Shown here: positions 11,131 through 25,240 of the stretch, one piece after another
Layout: every line of letters starts with the position of its first letter
Position numbering within the stretch: the stretch's first letter is position 1
DNA from: Scyliorhinus canicula
Taxonomy: Eukaryota
Direction of reading: 5' to 3'
Length of the DNA: 64,000 nt
Assembly (NCBI RefSeq): GCF_902713615.1
Contig: NC_052148.1
Span: 228,431,336 to 228,495,335, forward strand
Notes under the pieces: generated by a model
The model's database searches: none
What the model saw: only the letters and a program-made list of their open reading frames with translations
Told to the model about the DNA's origin: nothing
Position numbers and translations under genes: made by a program

Positions 11131-13830
11131 ATTCCTTGATTTTGTTGGGCAGGTCTGACGCCCGGAAATGGGTGGAGCCCCAACCCCATGCCCCTGTCAT
11201 TCTCTTCCAACGTATAATACGGCAATGATCCAATTAATGGTTGGAGAGCAGGTTGACAGCCCTTGACATTACCTGGAATGTCATTCCTTCACCCAATTGG
11301 AGATGGACTGCGCAATGTCCAGGGGCCAGGAGGCCATGGCCACTAATTCAAAGGGACGGGACAGGGACATTTTCTGCTGCTGGAAGGAGGCAGGGATTTT
11401 TTGAATCATGGAAGATTGACAAGAATTGACTGGAGTAAGTTTTATTAAACTGAATAACATGTGAAATTCCACAGATGGTTATAATTAAGTGCTTTTGGCA
11501 GGGAACATACATAGCGTGTATTGTCAACATCTGCACAGTGTTTAGATGTGAATATTGAGCAGCTGAATCATAACATGTATTCCTCTATAGGGAGCCAAGA
11601 GAAGGAAGTTTGGGGACAGGGGCTGAAGAAGTTGCCAACCACCCTACATTTTGATGATGACTCCCTTCAAGCCCTCCTCCAACCTGCGACTACCAGCATG
11701 AGATTCTAATGGGATGGGAAGAGACGACCTCTCAGGATGACCTGAGCTGCCTGGACGGAGGTCGCTGCAGGGGTCACCAGTGTTGATGTGATGCCTCGAA
11801 GCTGGAGGCAATGATGGAAGAGGCTAAACGACCTTCTGAGATCCGCCAGGGTGAGCAGGTCTGCACTCTGTCTATCAGTGTACACGGAAGGTATAAGGAA
11901 GTCTCGATAAGGGTTGTGCCTAGACACTGAGCCAGCCCTGGGGATCTCACAGGAAGACAGGGAGGTCCAGTCAGTCCTCACCGTGGATTGAACAGCAGCT
12001 GCCGCCATCTGGAAGCACCACTCAGGACACTTCTGATGCCAGCAGCCTCTCCCCCACCCCTCCACCATTGGCACAGTTCAGCTTGGTTGCTGCGGCAACA
12101 GAAGGTCCTCCTGCCACTCTGCAGGAGACTCCTAATGTGGCAGCACCCTCAAGGCCTCAGCCACACAGAGGGTGCCCCCAAAGTCATCCGGGGAAAGGGG
12201 ACAAGCAGATCAGCAACCAGTTGTTAACAAACCATTTATTTATTCGCCTTCATACAGAGTTTGAATTTATCTGTAATTGATTTATGAACTGACGATGGAG
12301 AAATGATTCATGTATTTTCAGTGTTGAACATTGGTCAAAGTCCAACAGTGGCTGTAGTATCGAGACAGTGAGTGAGCACCTGTGAAAGAGACCGCTGTGT
12401 GGGTGACATGATGTTGATACACAGGGTGTACAAAAAAGGGTGAGTGTGGGTGATAAGGGGTCTGAGGGGTGATGGCCAAAGGGTTTTACCGTTTTCATTC
12501 CAACCAGGGCAAAACCCCAGAGCACTGGGATAAGCCTTTTAACCACCAGACCTGTCAGTCAGCAACCGGTGTGGCTTCCTCCGCATTGTTTCCAGAGGCA
12601 GTGGACCCAACTCCAGCATGCTCCTCTCATCCTCCAACCCCCCCCCCCCCCCCCCCCCCCCCAACCACCACTGGAAATCTGCTATTTGGGGACTTTTCTC
12701 ATGAGTCAGCTTTGGAAAGTGGGGAACTTTCCTAACTCTGTGCACCTGATTCAGGAGGGAAAATTCAAAACAAGTTGAAGGAAATCCTACCGATTTTCCC
12801 ACCTGGTAAGATCTTCAGTGATCGTAAGTCAAAGAGAAGCAGAGGAAATTGCATAGCTATCCTAATTTCAGCACAAATTATGTGACATATATAATTCTTT
12901 CCTCTGAAAATCTAATCCTAATGTTCCCCCTATACCTGCTTAACAATATAATGAGCTAAAATTATTGTGACAACCTGGATGAATTAATGATCTAACATGT
13001 GTTCAATAACATGTTCCTGTTACTTAATACATTTAACTAAATACAAAGATGAATCAGATAAATATGAAACAAATGAAACTTTAATTCCAAGCTGTTGATA
13101 TTCAAAAGTAATCTAATCTGTATCGAGAGAGTAAATGATCTCCCATTTAGTTGTTAATACAAACCCAGTAACAGCTGTGCATTATCAACAGATGGAGAGT
13201 TTCCTGTTTGGTGCATGATGGAAATATAAATGAAGAGAGTGCTTATTTCCTGCAGTAAATAGAACACAGCCAACAATGCGCTCCCGCACAGGGCCTTTCA
13301 CCTCCCCGTTCGAATGTTCCCTCACCTCCTCGTCGACCTCATCATCAGAGCAATGGCCATCATCTTGCGGTTCCTTTTCCTCCAGCACATCATCCCCTCT
13401 CTGATTTTGAGGTTGTGCAGAGCGCAGCACACAATGACTATCAGTGAGGCTCTGGATGGAGCATGCTGCAATGTTTCTGATCTAATGAGGCAAAGGAACC
13501 TCTAGCAACCCAATTGTTTGCTCCATTCTGGCCCTTGTGGTGCTGTGGCCATCATTATAGCTCCTCCCTGCGTCTGTTCTAAGAGTCCTCACAGGCGTCA
13601 TGAGGCATCTCTTCAAAGTGTAACCTTTGTCATCTAGAATCTAACCATCCAGGACATCATATCCTTCAAACATGCCTGGCGCCTGCTGCCCGGGTACCTA
13701 GCACAAACCTGCATAATTCTGCGATGGTCGTCACTTACCAACTGGACAGTTGAGTGATAGCCCGTCCTGTGTCTAAATGTGCTGGGCGGCTGGAGCCTTT
13801 ACGTCAATGTGAGTGCAGTCTATTGCTCTA
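11130..13830. mobile_element. Cluster of decayed Harbinger fragments (Myb-like about 11700-12240 +; nuclease C-terminus about 13250-13830 -)
   Basis: WKRLNDLLRSAR (Myb/SANT motif) near 11815-11850. RARMEQTIGLLE and an acidic tail DDVLEEKE on the - strand near 13330-13540. Confidence 0.55.
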
Positions 13831-13932
13831 GAACCCTGGAGAAACCTGCACTCACTTCAAAGTCTCTGGCTTGTTCAAGTTGACTGTGACAGTCCATGGA
13901 AAATGCACTGTACTAACCTGCCCTTCAAAACA

Positions 13933-14291
13933 TTCATAGATTATCATAGAATTTACAGTGCAGAAGGAGGCCACTCGGCCCATCGAGTCTGCACTGGCTC
14001 TTGGAAAGAGCACCCTACCTGAGGTCAACACCACCACCCTATCTCCATAACCCAGTAACCCCACCCAACACTAAGGGCAATTTTGGACACTAAGGGCAAT
14101 TTATCATGGCCAATCCACCTAACCTGCACATCTTTGGACTGTGGGAGGAAACCGGAGCACCCGGAGGAAACCCACGCAGACACGGGGAGGATGTGCAGAC
14201 TCCACACAGACAGTGACCCAAGCCGGAATCGAACCTGGGACCCTGGAGCTGTGAAGCAATTATGCTATCCACAATGCTACCGTGCTTCCCT
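13933..14291 (-). mobile_element. Young HE1-type SINE
   Basis: Full length. Nearly identical to the copies at 24296-24652 and 35657-36005. Confidence 0.93.
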
Positions 14292-14429
14292 CAGTAAAGA
14301 CCTCAAGCAGTGGGTCAGCAGGCTGTGTAAAGCCACTGATGTCTTCAAAGGCTGCATGAAACTTTGGGAAAGAAACCCAGTGCCAAAGCCACCTTGAAAG
14401 CTACTGGTATTGGGTGACCATCCATATAG

Positions 14430-14740
14430 TTGGATGGTAGCACAGTGGTTAGCATTGTTGCTTCACAGCACCAGGGTCCGAGGTTTGATTCCGAATTGGG
14501 TCACTGTCTGTGCAGAGTCTGCGCGTTCTCGCTGTGTCTGCGTGGGTTTCCTCCGGGTTCTCCGGTTTTCTCCCACAAGTCCCGAAAGACGTGCTTGTTA
14601 GGTGAATTGGACATTCTGAATTCTCCCTCAGTTTACCCGAACAGGCACTGGAGTGTGGCAACTAGGGGATTTTCACAGTACCTTCATTGCGGTGTTAATG
14701 TAAGCCTACTTGTGACAATAATAAAGATTATTATTATTTA
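14430..14740 (+). mobile_element. tRNA-derived SINE with (ATT)n tail
   Basis: tRNA-like head and tail TAAGCCTACTTGTGACAATAATAAAGATTATTATT. Relative at 23261-23585 (-). Confidence 0.85.
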
Positions 14741-14794
14741 CCTCCCCTGCCAGCATCCCCCAGCAAGAGGTGACTGTGACTCTAGAGAGACTCT

Positions 14795-15078
14795 AGAGGG
14801 ACCCGGGTTCAATTCTGGCCTTGGGTGACTGGCAGTGTGGAGTTTGCACATTCTCCCGTGTCTGCGTAGATTTCCTCCGGGGGCTCCGGTTTCCTCCCAC
14901 TGTCCAAAGATGTGCAAGTTAGATGGATTGGCCATATTAAAATTGACCTGTAGGTTAGATGGATTACGGGGATACTGTGGGTAGTGAGTTGAGGTTAGGG
15001 TGCTCTTTCAGAGGGTCGGTGCAGATTCAATGGGCCGAATGGCCTCCTTCTGCACTGTAGAGATTCTATGGTTCTATG
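14795..15078 (+). mobile_element. 5'-truncated HE1-type SINE
   Basis: Core and CR1-like tail are present; the head is incomplete. Confidence 0.8.
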
Positions 15079-15134
15079 GGAATAAATGCTGGCCCAGCCA
15101 ACCCATGTCCCATGGACGAATAAGAAAATTCCTT

Positions 15135-16165
15135 TTCACAGAATCACAGAATATTACAGTGCAGAAAAGGCCATTCGGCCCATCGAGTCTGCACGGCCCC
15201 TTGAAAGGCGTCGGTTCTGTCAATCCTAATCCCATTTGCCAGCAGTTGGCCCATAGCCTTGAATGTTAAGATGTACCAAGTGCTCATCCAGGTTCTTTTT
15301 AAATGAAATGAGGCAAACCACTTCTACTACCCTCCCAGGCAGTGCGTTGCAGACTATCACCACCCTCTGGGTAAAAATGTTTTTCCTCAAATCCCCCCTG
15401 AACCTCCCACCCCTCACCTTGAACTTGTGTCCCCTCGTAACCGACCCTTCAACTAAGGGGAACAGCTGTTCCATATGCACCCTGTCCATGTCCCTCATTA
15501 TCTTGTAACATCTCAGTCAGATCGCCCATCAGTCTTCTCTGCTCCACCGCAAACAACCCAAGCCTATCCAACTTCTCTTCATAGCTAAAATGTTCCATCC
15601 CAGGATACATCCTGGTGAAATGCCTCTGCACCCGCTCCAGTGCAATCACATCCTTCCTATACTGTGGCAACCGGAACAGCACACGGTACTCCAGCTGTGG
15701 CCACATCAATGTTCTATATAACTCTAACATGACTTCCTTGCTTTTGTAATCTAAGCCTCGATTGATAAAGGCAAGTGTGCCATATGCACTTTCCACTATC
15801 CTATTAGCCTCCACTTCTGCCTTCAGAGATCTATTTACAAACACACCAAGGGCTCCTTGTTCCTCAGGACGTCCCATTATGGTGCCATTCATTGAATATT
15901 TCCTTGGCAAATTGCCCCTTCCAAAGTGAAACACCTCACACTTTTCAGGATTAAATTCCACCTGCCACTTTTATGCCCATTTGACCATCCCGTCTATATC
16001 TTCCTGTAACCCAAGACTCTCAGCCTCACTGTTAACCTCCCGGCCCATCTTTGTGTCATCCGCAAATTTTCTGATCCTATCCCCCACATAGTCATCGAAG
16101 TCATTTATATAAATGACAAATAATAGGTGACTCAGCGCAGATCCCTGTGGTATGCCACTGGGTAT
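15135..16165 (-). mobile_element. CR1 (HER1-like) LINE 3' fragment
   Basis: RT motifs GIPQGSAL, LFVIYIND and KFADDTK, then FNPEKCEV and TRGHKFKVRGG; frameshifted. Confidence 0.92.
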
Positions 16166-16331
16166 TAGTGAACAATTGTGGTATCCTTGAACTCCTGGTT
16201 TGTTGATCCCACATTCTGTGAGGTAACTAATAAATGGAGTTTGAAGGCTAGCAGGGGTCTCCCAGGTGTCTCTTGGGATCATACCTGAATCTGGAGATAT
16301 CCTTGAGGGTAGGAGGCTAATAATTTTGTTA

Positions 16332-16503
16332 AGGGGCTGGTTTAGCACAGTGGGCTAAACAGCTGGCTTGTCAGGCAGAACAAGGCCAGCAGCGCGGTTT
16401 CAATTCCCACACCAGCCTCCCCGAACAGGCGCCGGAATGTGGCGACTAGGAGCTTTTCACAGCAACTCCATTGAAGCCTACTTGTGACATTAAGCAATTA
16501 TTA
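16332..16503 (+). mobile_element. tRNA-derived SINE (GGGGCTGGTTTAGCAC family)
   Basis: Reverse complement of the family at 7508-7709. Confidence 0.85.
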
Positions 16504-16599
16504 ATGTCAATAACAGAGGTTTTCGCATCAGTCTGCAAGTTTGCCTATTGCTGCCCCATTTACAGTGAATGAGCGGCTAAGCACACCACCAAAGTGACA

Positions 16600-17580
16600 C
16601 TTTGATAATGGTCCTGTCCACCAACAGAGATTCCCTGTCTGTGCTGAGGACAGCTGAGCAGCTGTGTGAGTGAGGACTACATTCACTCTTCAGGGCTTTA
16701 TAGAAAGTCCTCATGTCGTGCTGATCAGCGTAGGCCTGAAGCTCTCTGACTTGTTTGACAATGTTTCTTACCCAGCTTCAGGTACAGGTTTCTTCTGTTC
16801 CCTTGAAGTGGTTCCTTAGCAGTGGATGTACCTTTGCTTCCTGTGTTGCTTGTGCCACAGCTTTCTCCTGTTGCAGTTCCTTAGCTTGATTGTTCTTTTT
16901 GTCGATATACTGTAGTGTGTGCGTTAATGCTAAAGGAGTCCATTTCAGGGTACAACCAGATCTGTGTGAAGGCGTCGATAAGGTGAACGGAACACCAGGG
17001 TGTGAGATAATTACAGTGGAGGTGGATTGAGCTTGGCACCGCCCCACTCTCTCACTCTTGCACATCTGTACCCGGTGGTTTGACAAGTCAAGACAACTGG
17101 AAGTGTGGTTGGCTGCAGTGGACAATCTTCGGCACTTTCTTTGCCCGCACCAATGAACCTTACAGCTGTCCACACAGCTGTGCTGTAGTGCTTTCAGTAC
17201 CAATGAGGGAATACCATTTCTTCTGCTACATCTGTCAAAGCAGCTATTTTGTGTACTTGACAAATGGTGGTTGGAGAAAAGCATTCTCCTGACATGTGGA
17301 TGTCAGCCCACAGGCTACCCCCACTTGGTTAGGCCTGAAATTCATTGCAGTTACTGGGGTGTGGTCACTGCCGTCCACAAGTAGCAAAATGGAGCCACAG
17401 GTGAGAGGTAGGTGAGAGTCACGGATCACTGCGCCCAGAGCGAACCACCTCATACTCCGTCTGCCACCCTGTTGCCCACTCACTTCACCTACTTTTATTT
17501 CTTTACAGACTCTTTTTTTTGTCAAAGTCATTAATCTCGATTGTACATAGTTGAGGTCCAACATCGATCCTTGTCACACT
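16600..17580 (-). pseudogene. Decayed Harbinger nuclease remnant
   Basis: Weak - strand similarity to the N-terminal and central region of HARBI1-type nucleases. Confidence 0.35.
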
Positions 17581-17586
17581 CCACTG

Positions 17587-17931
17587 GTTCATAGAATCAT
17601 AGAATCCCTACAGTGCAGAAGGAGCCATTCGGCCCATTGAGTCTGCACTGACCCTCCGAATGAGCTCCCTATCTGTGCCCATGTTCTCACCCTATCCCCG
17701 TAACCCTGTAACCCCTCTTAACATTTTGGACACTAAGGAGGAATTTAGCATGACCAAACCACCTAACCTGCACATCTTTGGATGGTGGGAAGAAACTGGA
17801 GCACATGGAGGAAACCCACGCAGACACGGGGAGAATTTGGAAACTCCACACAGTCACCCAAGGCCCGAATTGAATCTGGGTTCCCCGACTGTGAGGCAGC
17901 AGTGCTAACCACTGTGCCACTATGCCGCCCA
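17587..17931 (-). mobile_element. HE1-type SINE
   Basis: Head, core and (ATAGAATC)n tail on the - strand. Confidence 0.88.
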
Positions 17932-18049
17932 GAGGTTACAGCCTTCAAACTTGAAAATGCCCTGTTTATTTTTACTCTCTGCCTACTGCCATTAACAAAT
18001 CCTCCATCCATAATACATTATCTCACAACTCCATGAGCTCTTAACTTAT

Positions 18050-18440
18050 GACTTTTGTCTGGCATCTTATCAAATGTCTTTTGGAACGTATTCTACATCT
18101 TCTACCTCCCCTTTATCTACCCAACTGGTTAGATCCTGAAAAAATCTCTAATGAATTGTCAAATATGATTTACCTTTCATAAAACCGCGGTGCCATTATC
18201 CGATCATGCTATAATTTTCTAAGTGCATTGTTAAGACTTCCTTAATAATGGTTTTTCCCAATGACTGATGCCAGGCTAACTGACCTGGAGTTCCCTGTTA
18301 CGTTCTCCCTCCTTTCTCAAATGGAAGAGTTACATTTGTTAACTTCAAATCTGCTGGAACCTTTCGAGGAAATCTGGAGAATTTTGGCAAATCATTACCA
18401 GCGCGTCCATTATTTCTGCAGCTATCTCTTTTAGAAATTT
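18050..18440 (-). mobile_element. Old CR1 RT fragment
   Basis: The reverse complement contains the NYRPVSL and GFMKGKS-like region. Confidence 0.6.
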
Positions 18441-18682
18441 GTGTCTTTAGAATCTTGAGTTCTCTTTGGAAGCTGTATAAACCTTTCTGAAGATAGAGGT
18501 TAGTCATTGCTAATTTTCTAAATTGGAAAGTACAAGTTCTGGATCAGCCCTGCCCTGCTCCCATTTCCACGTCTCAACTAGACCTCCAGCATCATCAGGA
18601 TATATAATATATGTTCTCAAGCAATAAAGAACCCATTTCCTTTCATGGAATTACACCAAGCTGTTCTTTAATAAATTTGTAA

Positions 18683-20725
18683 CAAAGAAAAGAACAAAGA
18701 ACAAAGAAAATTACAGCACAGGAACAGGCCCTTCGGCCCTCCCAGCCTGTGGCGATCCAGATCCTTTATCTAAACCTGTCTCCTATTTTCCAAGGTCTAC
18801 TTCCCTCTGTTCCCGGCCGTTCATATACCCGTCTAGATGCCTCTTAAATGATGCTATCGTGCCCGCCTCTACCACCTCCACTGATAAAGCGTTCCAGGCA
18901 CCCACCACCCTCTGCGTAAAAAACTTTCCACGCACATCTCCCTTAAACTTTCCCCCTCTCACTTTGAAATCGTGACCCCTTGTAACTGACACCCCCACTC
19001 TTGGAAAAAGCTTGTTGCTATCCACCCTGTCCATACCTCTCATAATTTTGTAGACCTCAATCAGGTCCCCCCTCAACCTCCGTCTTTCCAATGAAAACAA
19101 TCCTAATCTACTCAACCTTTCTTCATAGCTAGCACCCTCCATACCAGGCAACATCCTGGTGAACCTCCTCTGCACCCTCTCCAAAGCATCCACATCCTTC
19201 TGGTGATGTGGCGACCAGAACTGCACGCAGTATTCCAAATGTGGCCTAACCAAAGTCCTATACAACTGTAACATGACCTGCCTACTCTTGTACTCAATAC
19301 CCCATCCGATGAAGGCAAGCATGCTGTATGCCTTCTTGACCACTCTATCAACCTGCGTTGCCACCTTCAGGGTACAATGGACCTGAACTCCCAGATCTCT
19401 CTGTACATCAATTTTCCCCAGGACCCTTCCATTGACCATATAGTCCGCTCTTGAATTTGATCTTCCAAAAAATGCATCACCTCGCATTTGCCTGGATTGA
19501 ACTCCATCTGCCATTTCTCTGCCCAACTCTCCAATCTATCTATATTTTGTTGTATTCTCTGACAGTCCTCCTCGCTATCTGCAACTCCACCAATCTTTGT
19601 ATCATCTGCAAACTTGCTCATCAGACCACCTATACCTTCCTCCAGGTCATTTATGTAGATCACAAACAACAGTGGTCCGAACACGGATCCCTGTGGAACA
19701 CCACTAGTCACACTTCTCCATTTTGAGACACTCCCTTCCACCACTACTCTCTGTCTCCTGTTACCCAGCCAGTTCTTTATCCATCTAGCTAGTACACCCT
19801 GAACCCAATACGACTTCACTTTTTCCATCAGCCTGCCATGGGAAACCTTATCAAACGCCTTACTAAAGTCCATGTATATGACATCTACAGCCCTTCCTCA
19901 TCAATTAACTTGGCACTTCCTCAAAGAATTCTATTAGGTTTGTAAGGCATGACCTTCCCTGCACAAAACCATGCTGCCTATCACTGATAAGTCTATTTTC
20001 TTCCATATGTGAATAGATCCTATCCCTCAGTATCTTCTCCAACAGTTTGCATACCACTGACGTCAAGCTCACAGGTCTATAATTCCCTGGATTTTCCCTG
20101 CTACCCTTCTTAAACAAAGGGACAACATTAGCAATTCTCCAGTCCTCCGGACCTCTCCATGCTCAAGGATGCTGGTAAAGATATCTGTTAAGGCCCCAGC
20201 TATTTCGACCCTCGCTTCCCGCAGTAACCTGGGATAGATCCCATCTGGTCCTAGGGACTTGTCCACCTTAATGTCTTTTAGAATATCCAAAATTTCCCCC
20301 TTCCGTATGACAACTTGGCCTAGAGTATTTAAACATCCATCCCTAGCCTCAACATCCGTCTTGTCCCTCTCCTTTGTGAATACCGATGCAAAGTACTCAT
20401 TAAGAATCTCACCCATTTCCTCTGAGTCCAAGCATAAATTCCCTCTTTTGTCTTTGAATGGGCCAATCCTTTCTCTAGTTACCCTCTTGCTCCTTACATA
20501 CGAATGAAAGGCTTTGGGATTTTCCTGAACCCTGTTAGCCAAAGATATTTCATGACCCCTTTTAGCCCTTTTTATTGCGCGTTTGAGATTCGTCCTACTT
20601 TCCCGATATTCCTCCAAAGCTTCATCAGTTTTGAGTTGCCTCGATTTTATGAATGCTTCCTTTTTCATCTTAGCTAGTCTCACAATTTCACCCGTCATCC
20701 ATGGTTCCTAATCTTGCCATTTCTA
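18683..20725 (-). mobile_element. 5'-truncated CR1 LINE, ORF2 with frameshifts
   Basis: Overlapping ORFs carry PGNYRPVSLTS, MDFSKAFDKV, GVPQGSVFGP, KFADDTK and HLEYCVQFWSP. (TTCTTTG)n 3' tail at 18683-18708. Confidence 0.96.
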
Positions 20726-20979
20726 TCTCTCGTTCAAGATTTTTTGCTCTTTGTAATGTTTCAGAAAAAGATTCAATTTGGAGGCCATCCTGAAGAGAAT
20801 AATGAAGCATCAGAAAAATATGGACTAATAAGAGCAAATTATCATCTGTTTAATAGAGGAAGATAATATCTGGCAAACCTATTGAATTTAACTGAGGAGA
20901 TAATTGACCAAATAACTATTCTGCCTGTGGGTTATTCTGGATGTTTGGGGTGTTTTCTGAAGTATTTATCAGGAGAAAC

Positions 20980-21790
20980 CTTGGGCACGATTTACCGGCC
21001 GTGTCCCATGGAATCGGGACAGACGCAGTCAATAGATTCCGGGAGAGGCCTCTCCCAGGATTCCCAACGTTCGTTATGCCTTGCTAGATCTATTGAGATC
21101 TCACAAGACATTGTGATCTAGATGCCACCCACAATGGACGGGATTCAGACTCGCATAGTTAAAAGAGCTTAACAACTCACTTAGCTATGCTGCCACCATA
21201 TCGAACGGCTACCTAGCATCTTGGCCTCGCCGAGGAGACTCCAGCCAGGCGCCGAGTAGCACTGTTCCCCACAAACGGGGACAAGACAGAATGGCACTTG
21301 AGGGGGTCTTGCAGGTGATCAGAGGCTCCTGGGTGGAAGGCCTCTGCCAGGTTAGCACCATGGCACTGTTGATACCACCCAGGCACCTTGCCACTGCCAA
21401 CCTGGCACTGCCACCCTGATCAACCTGACAGTGCCATCTGGGTGCCACCCTGGCACTGCCAGGTTGCCCAGGTGATGTTGCCCGGCTGGCAGAAGCATTG
21501 TCAGGGTGCCACTGGCATTTTGTCCATGCAGGGGTTTGGGCCTGGGTCGCCCTGCCGGTATATGGTGGGGTGCAGCTGCCCGAGGATCCCCTTATAGGTG
21601 AGTTGGGGTGTTGGGGGCGTCTGGAGGTCGCATTGGGGGGTCGGGAGATTGCCAATCTCTTCCTGTGTTGAGGATCACCACTGGCCTGAACTCTTCAGTG
21701 CAGAATATATGGCTAAGTGCAGCCTCGACAGGGCATTGCCCACTAAAAGCCAACAAAACCAGAGTGCTTTTAGAAACAGGATTGTTTCCA
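20980..21790. mobile_element. Non-autonomous Harbinger-type element
   Basis: GC-rich body with repeated CCTGGCACTGCC motifs, related to 31570-32430. Confidence 0.6.
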
Positions 21791-22059
21791 GCGCTCCAAG
21801 CACCGAGAACAAGCCCTCAATTCCCACCCAGAATGCACTCTGTTTTCTTTAGTGAATTCACGCCCCTTATCCTAATATTTCCATCTATGTCATCCATGCT
21901 AATTCCTGCCCTCACAGTGACCTTGTCAATGGAACTATTGCACTAGTTCAGCAACTGAAAGACAATTCAGTACAATGAGCATCTTTCTGAGCAACTGATT
22001 TCTCACTGTTTGTGCGCAGGAATTGACTTTTCCAAAGAATTATCCACTTTAAGAGGAGT

Positions 22060-22760
22060 AGGTGAAGTGGGATTGTCATTGGACTAGCAATCCAGGTGTC
22101 GTGTTAGGTACACTGGTATAACACTGGCTGCAATTGGCTGCAGCATAGATCAAAAAAATACTCTAGACCTTGAAGTTAGTTCAATCAGGTATATTGAACT
22201 AATAGCACAATTAACACAGTTCTCTTTGAGTTCAACTCTCTGCTAACTTAAGTATGGTTACTCTGTCTGACTGAACCAGACTAGCTCTTAGCCACATGGT
22301 GGGGGTGTGAGATTGTAACAACACCCTTGACTGACTCTCTAGATGTTCATCAGTGGAAAGAGGCGGAGTGTAAGTGCCTCATGTCTTTTCTAGTCAGATC
22401 CCACCCCTGAGTATCCTGCCTGCTTATTGGTCATGTCCTGTTCTCTGTGTTCATTAGCTGCTTGTCTGTATATCATTATGTGTGTGTCCGCATATCATGA
22501 CACCAGGGACCCAGGCTAATGCTCACAACTCCCGGGTTCAATACTCATCAATGCAGATCATGGAATTTAAACTCAATAAAACATCTGGAATGAAAAGTCT
22601 AATGACCATGGGACAGAAATCTGGGCTGGCCTACATGTGACTCTGTGTGACTCCAAAACCAGAGAAATGTGGTTGACTCTTACAAGCCACTCAGTTGTAT
22701 TCAATGGCTACAAACAGAAACACAAAAGAATGAAATCTGATAGACCACCCGATATCGACC
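22060..22760 (+). mobile_element. tRNA-derived SINE with L2-type tail, split by the solo LTR
   Basis: The flanks rejoin as GGACTAGCAATCCAGG|GACCCAGG. Relative at 52222-52460. Confidence 0.6.
22097..22502 (-). mobile_element. Solo LTR (406 bp), 5-bp TSD CCAGG, inserted in a SINE
   Basis: TGTCGTG...CATGACA termini. CCAGG at 22092-22096 and 22503-22507. Confidence 0.9.
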
Positions 22761-23260
22761 TAGGTACCGGAAACGATAATAGCAAACCCAGTTCTGCAAA
22801 ATTTTACTTATTAATATCTGGGGGCTTGTGCCAAAATTCAGAGAGATGTCTCACAGTCTGGTCAAGCCTGACATAGTAATACCCACAGAATGATACCTGA
22901 CCGCTCCTGGGTATGCCCAGTCACACCGGCAAGACAGCCCCAGCAGACTGGTAAACAGCACTGGGAATCCTGAACATCAACTCTGGATCCCTTGAAATCT
23001 CATGGCACCAAGTCAAACATGGGCAAGGAAAGTTCCTGCTGATTACCGTCCTCCCTCAGCTCATTAATCACTACTTGGAGGAAGCACTAAGGGTGGCAAG
23101 GGTGTAGAATGTACTCTGGGTGGGATGCTACAATGTCCATCACCAAGAGTGGCTCAGTAGTACCATGGATCGAGCTGGCTGGGTTCCAATGGATATAGCT
23201 GCTAGACTGGGACTACGGCAAGTGGTGAGGGAACCGACCAACTTGCATGCCAAACAGCAT

Positions 23261-23585
23261 AATAATAAAAATAATAATAATCATTTTTAGTATCACAAGT
23301 AGGCTTACTTTAACACTGCAATGAAGTTACAGTGAAAATCCCCTAGTCACCACACTTCAGCGCATGGTCGGGTACACTGAAGGAGAATTCAGAATGTCCA
23401 ATTCACCTAACAAGTATATCTTTTGGGACTTTTATGAGAGGAAACCGGAGCACCAGGAGGAAACCCACTCAGACACGGGAAGAACATGCAGACTCTGCAC
23501 AGACAGCGACCAGAGCAGGGAATCAAACCAGCACCCCTGGCTCTGTGAAGCAACATTGCTAACCACTGTGCTACTGTGCCACCCA
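23261..23585 (-). mobile_element. tRNA-derived SINE inserted in the LINE
   Basis: Reverse-complement relative of 14430-14740. Confidence 0.82.
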
Positions 23586-24295
23586 CGCAAGTAATAGACA
23601 GAGCCAACCAATCAATAACACAACCAACGGATCAGATCAAAGCTCTGCAGTTTTGTCACATCCAGTCATGAATGGTGGTGGACAATTAAGCAACTCACTG
23701 GAGATGGAAGCTCCACAAATATCACCATCCTCAATGATCGAGGAGCCCAGCACATCAGTGCAAATGGCTGAAGCACTCGCAACAATCTTCAGCCAAAATG
23801 CTGAGTGGGTGTTTCATCTACGTCTCCTCTGGAGGTCCTCAGCATCACAGATGTCAGTCTTCAGCCAATTTGATTCACTCCATGTAATATCAAGAAACAG
23901 CTGAAGGCACTGTATACTGCCAAGGCTCTGAGCCCTGACAATAATCGGGCAATTGTACTGACGACTTGTGCCCTAGAACTTGCCGCGAACCCCTAGCCAA
24001 GCTGTTTCCGTACAGCTACAATAGCAGCATCTCCCCTACAATGGGGAAAAGTGCTCTTGCATATCCTGTACGCAAGAAATAGGACAAATCCAGCGCAACA
24101 AATTACCGCTCCATCAGTCTACTCTCGATTATCATTAAAGCGATGGAAGGGGTCATCAACAGTGCTATCAAGCGGCATTACTTAGCAACAACCTGCTCAC
24201 TCATGCTCACTTTGGGTTCCGCCAGGGTCACTCAGCTCCTGACTTCATACAGCCTTGGTTCAAACATGGACAAAAGAGCTGAATGCCAGAGATGA

Positions 24296-24652
24296 GGGGC
24301 AGCACGGTAGCATTGTGGATAGCACAATCGCTTCACAGCTCCAGGGTCCCAGGTTCGATTCCGGCTTGGGTCACTGTCTGTGCGGAGTCTGCACATCCTC
24401 CCCGTGTGTGCGTGGGTTTCCTCCGGGTGCTCCGGTTTCCTCCCACAGTCCAAAGATGTGCAGGTTAGGTGGATTGGCCATGATAAATTGCCCTTAGTGT
24501 CCAAAATTGCCCTTAGTGTTGGGTGGGGTTACTGGGTTATGGGGCTAGGGTGGAGGTGTTAACCTTGGGTAGGGTGCTCTTTCTAGGAGCTGGTGCAGAC
24601 TCGATGGGCCGAATGGCCTTCTTCTGCACTGCAAATTCTATGTAAATCTATG
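24296..24652 (+). mobile_element. Young HE1-type SINE
   Basis: GGGCAGCACGGTAGCATTGTGGATAGC head; full length. Confidence 0.93.
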
Positions 24653-25011
24653 TGAGGTGAGAATGGCTGCCCTTGACAATAAGACAGCATTTGACCGAGT
24701 ACGGCATCAAGGAGCCTAGCTAAACTGGAGTCAGTGGGAATCAGGGGGAAAACTCTCCGCTGGTTGAAGTCATACCTGCCACAAAGGAAGATGGTTGTGG
24801 TAGTTGGAGGTGAATCAACTCAGCTGCAGGACATCACTGCAGGAGTTCCTCAGGGTCATCTCCAAGGCCCAACCATCTTCAGCTGCTTCATCAATAACCT
24901 CCCTTCCATCATAAGTTCAGAAGTGGGAATAATTACCAATAGCTACACAACGTTCAGCACCATTCACGACTCCTCAGATACAGAATCACTCCGTGTGAAA
25001 ATGCAGCAAGA

Positions 25012-25240
25012 GGGCAGCACGGTGGCGCAGTGGGTTAGCCCTGCTGCCTCACGGAGCTGAGGTCCCAGGTTCGATCCCGGCTCTGGGTCATTGTCCGTGT
25101 GGAGTTTGCACATTCTTCCCGTGTTTGCGTGGGTTTCGCCCCCACTACCCAAAGATGTGCAGGCTAGATTGATTGAACATGCTAAATTGGTCCTTAGTTG
25201 GAAAAAAACGAATTGGGTACACTAAATTTAAAAAAAAAGA
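25012..25240 (+). mobile_element. tRNA-derived SINE (short subfamily)
   Basis: Same family as 9259-9484; A-rich end. Confidence 0.88.
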